A stretch of 64,000 bases of DNA, taken from the NCBI GenBank assembly GCA_011526565.1, contig WYBL01000116.1, positions 3,019-67,018 on the forward strand, in the 5' to 3' direction. Shown here piece by piece: positions 63,983-64,000 of this stretch. Position 1 is the first letter of the stretch. Each line of letters opens with the position of its first letter. Under the pieces are notes generated by a model. That model was not told where the DNA came from and ran no database searches. It was given only the letters and a program-made list of their open reading frames with translations. The position numbers and the translations under genes are program-made. The stretch is from Acidobacteriota bacterium. GTDB taxonomy: Bacteria > Acidobacteriota > Vicinamibacteria > Fen-336.

Positions 63983-64000
63983 GACTCGTTCCCCCCGGGC

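Overview
This is a very gene-dense, high-GC bacterial chromosomal window. Most of the very long ORFs in the track are antisense or out-of-frame artefacts of the GC content. I called about 55 CDSs from protein plausibility, start-codon and SD context, and operon junctions (many ATGA/GTGA overlaps). I recognised no rRNA, tRNA, CRISPR array, transposase or integrase.

Content from left to right:
- The end of an aerobic benzoyl-CoA (box) cluster: a boxC fragment and a divergent BoxR-type regulator with paired operator-like boxes.
- A GAF histidine kinase.
- A TonB-dependent receptor followed by a PhnDCE-like ABC importer.
- A minus-strand operon (periplasmic binding protein, TonB receptor, amidohydrolase, GAF/PP2C phosphatase), divergent from a CHASE8-like histidine kinase.
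- A long minus-strand block: a polytopic membrane protein; a YyaL thioredoxin-domain protein fused to an aldo/keto reductase, carrying an in-frame 87-bp x3 tandem repeat; an atypical PLP decarboxylase; a SET-domain methyltransferase; and a transporter-HEAT-cNMP protein.
- FKBP, cNMP-patatin, TerB, cupin, DinB and homoserine dehydrogenase genes.
- A lipoprotein / TPR-cNMP / methyltransferase operon.
- A protein with two cNMP-binding domains, coupled to a hemerythrin.
- A complete sufBCDSUT operon ending in an Rrf2 regulator.

From about 44 kb onward the DNA is visibly less GC-rich and is filled with genes I cannot assign to named families:
- An ECF sigma factor and a Ser/Thr kinase whose kinase domain is C-terminal, divergent from an operon encoding a membrane coiled-coil protein, a clan-CD-peptidase-like protein and a secreted protein.
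- A lipase-like protein plus two secreted proteins.
- A secreted 8-Cys peptide gene, a perfect hairpin, a CxxC thioredoxin-fold protein, a small anchored protein and an orphan ADOP/FtsX permease.
- A five-gene unknown operon containing a Zn-ribbon alpha/beta hydrolase.
- A small conserved-looking ORF and a classical AAA+ ATPase at the right edge.

The ADOP permease and the CarboxypepD_reg-type TonB receptor suggest Acidobacteriota; this is inference only. My best candidates for an undescribed system are the peptide locus (54.4-58.0 kb), the five-gene operon (58.3-62.5 kb) and the sigma/kinase/peptidase locus (44-51.7 kb). All family assignments come from reading motifs by eye. No HMM or database search was run.
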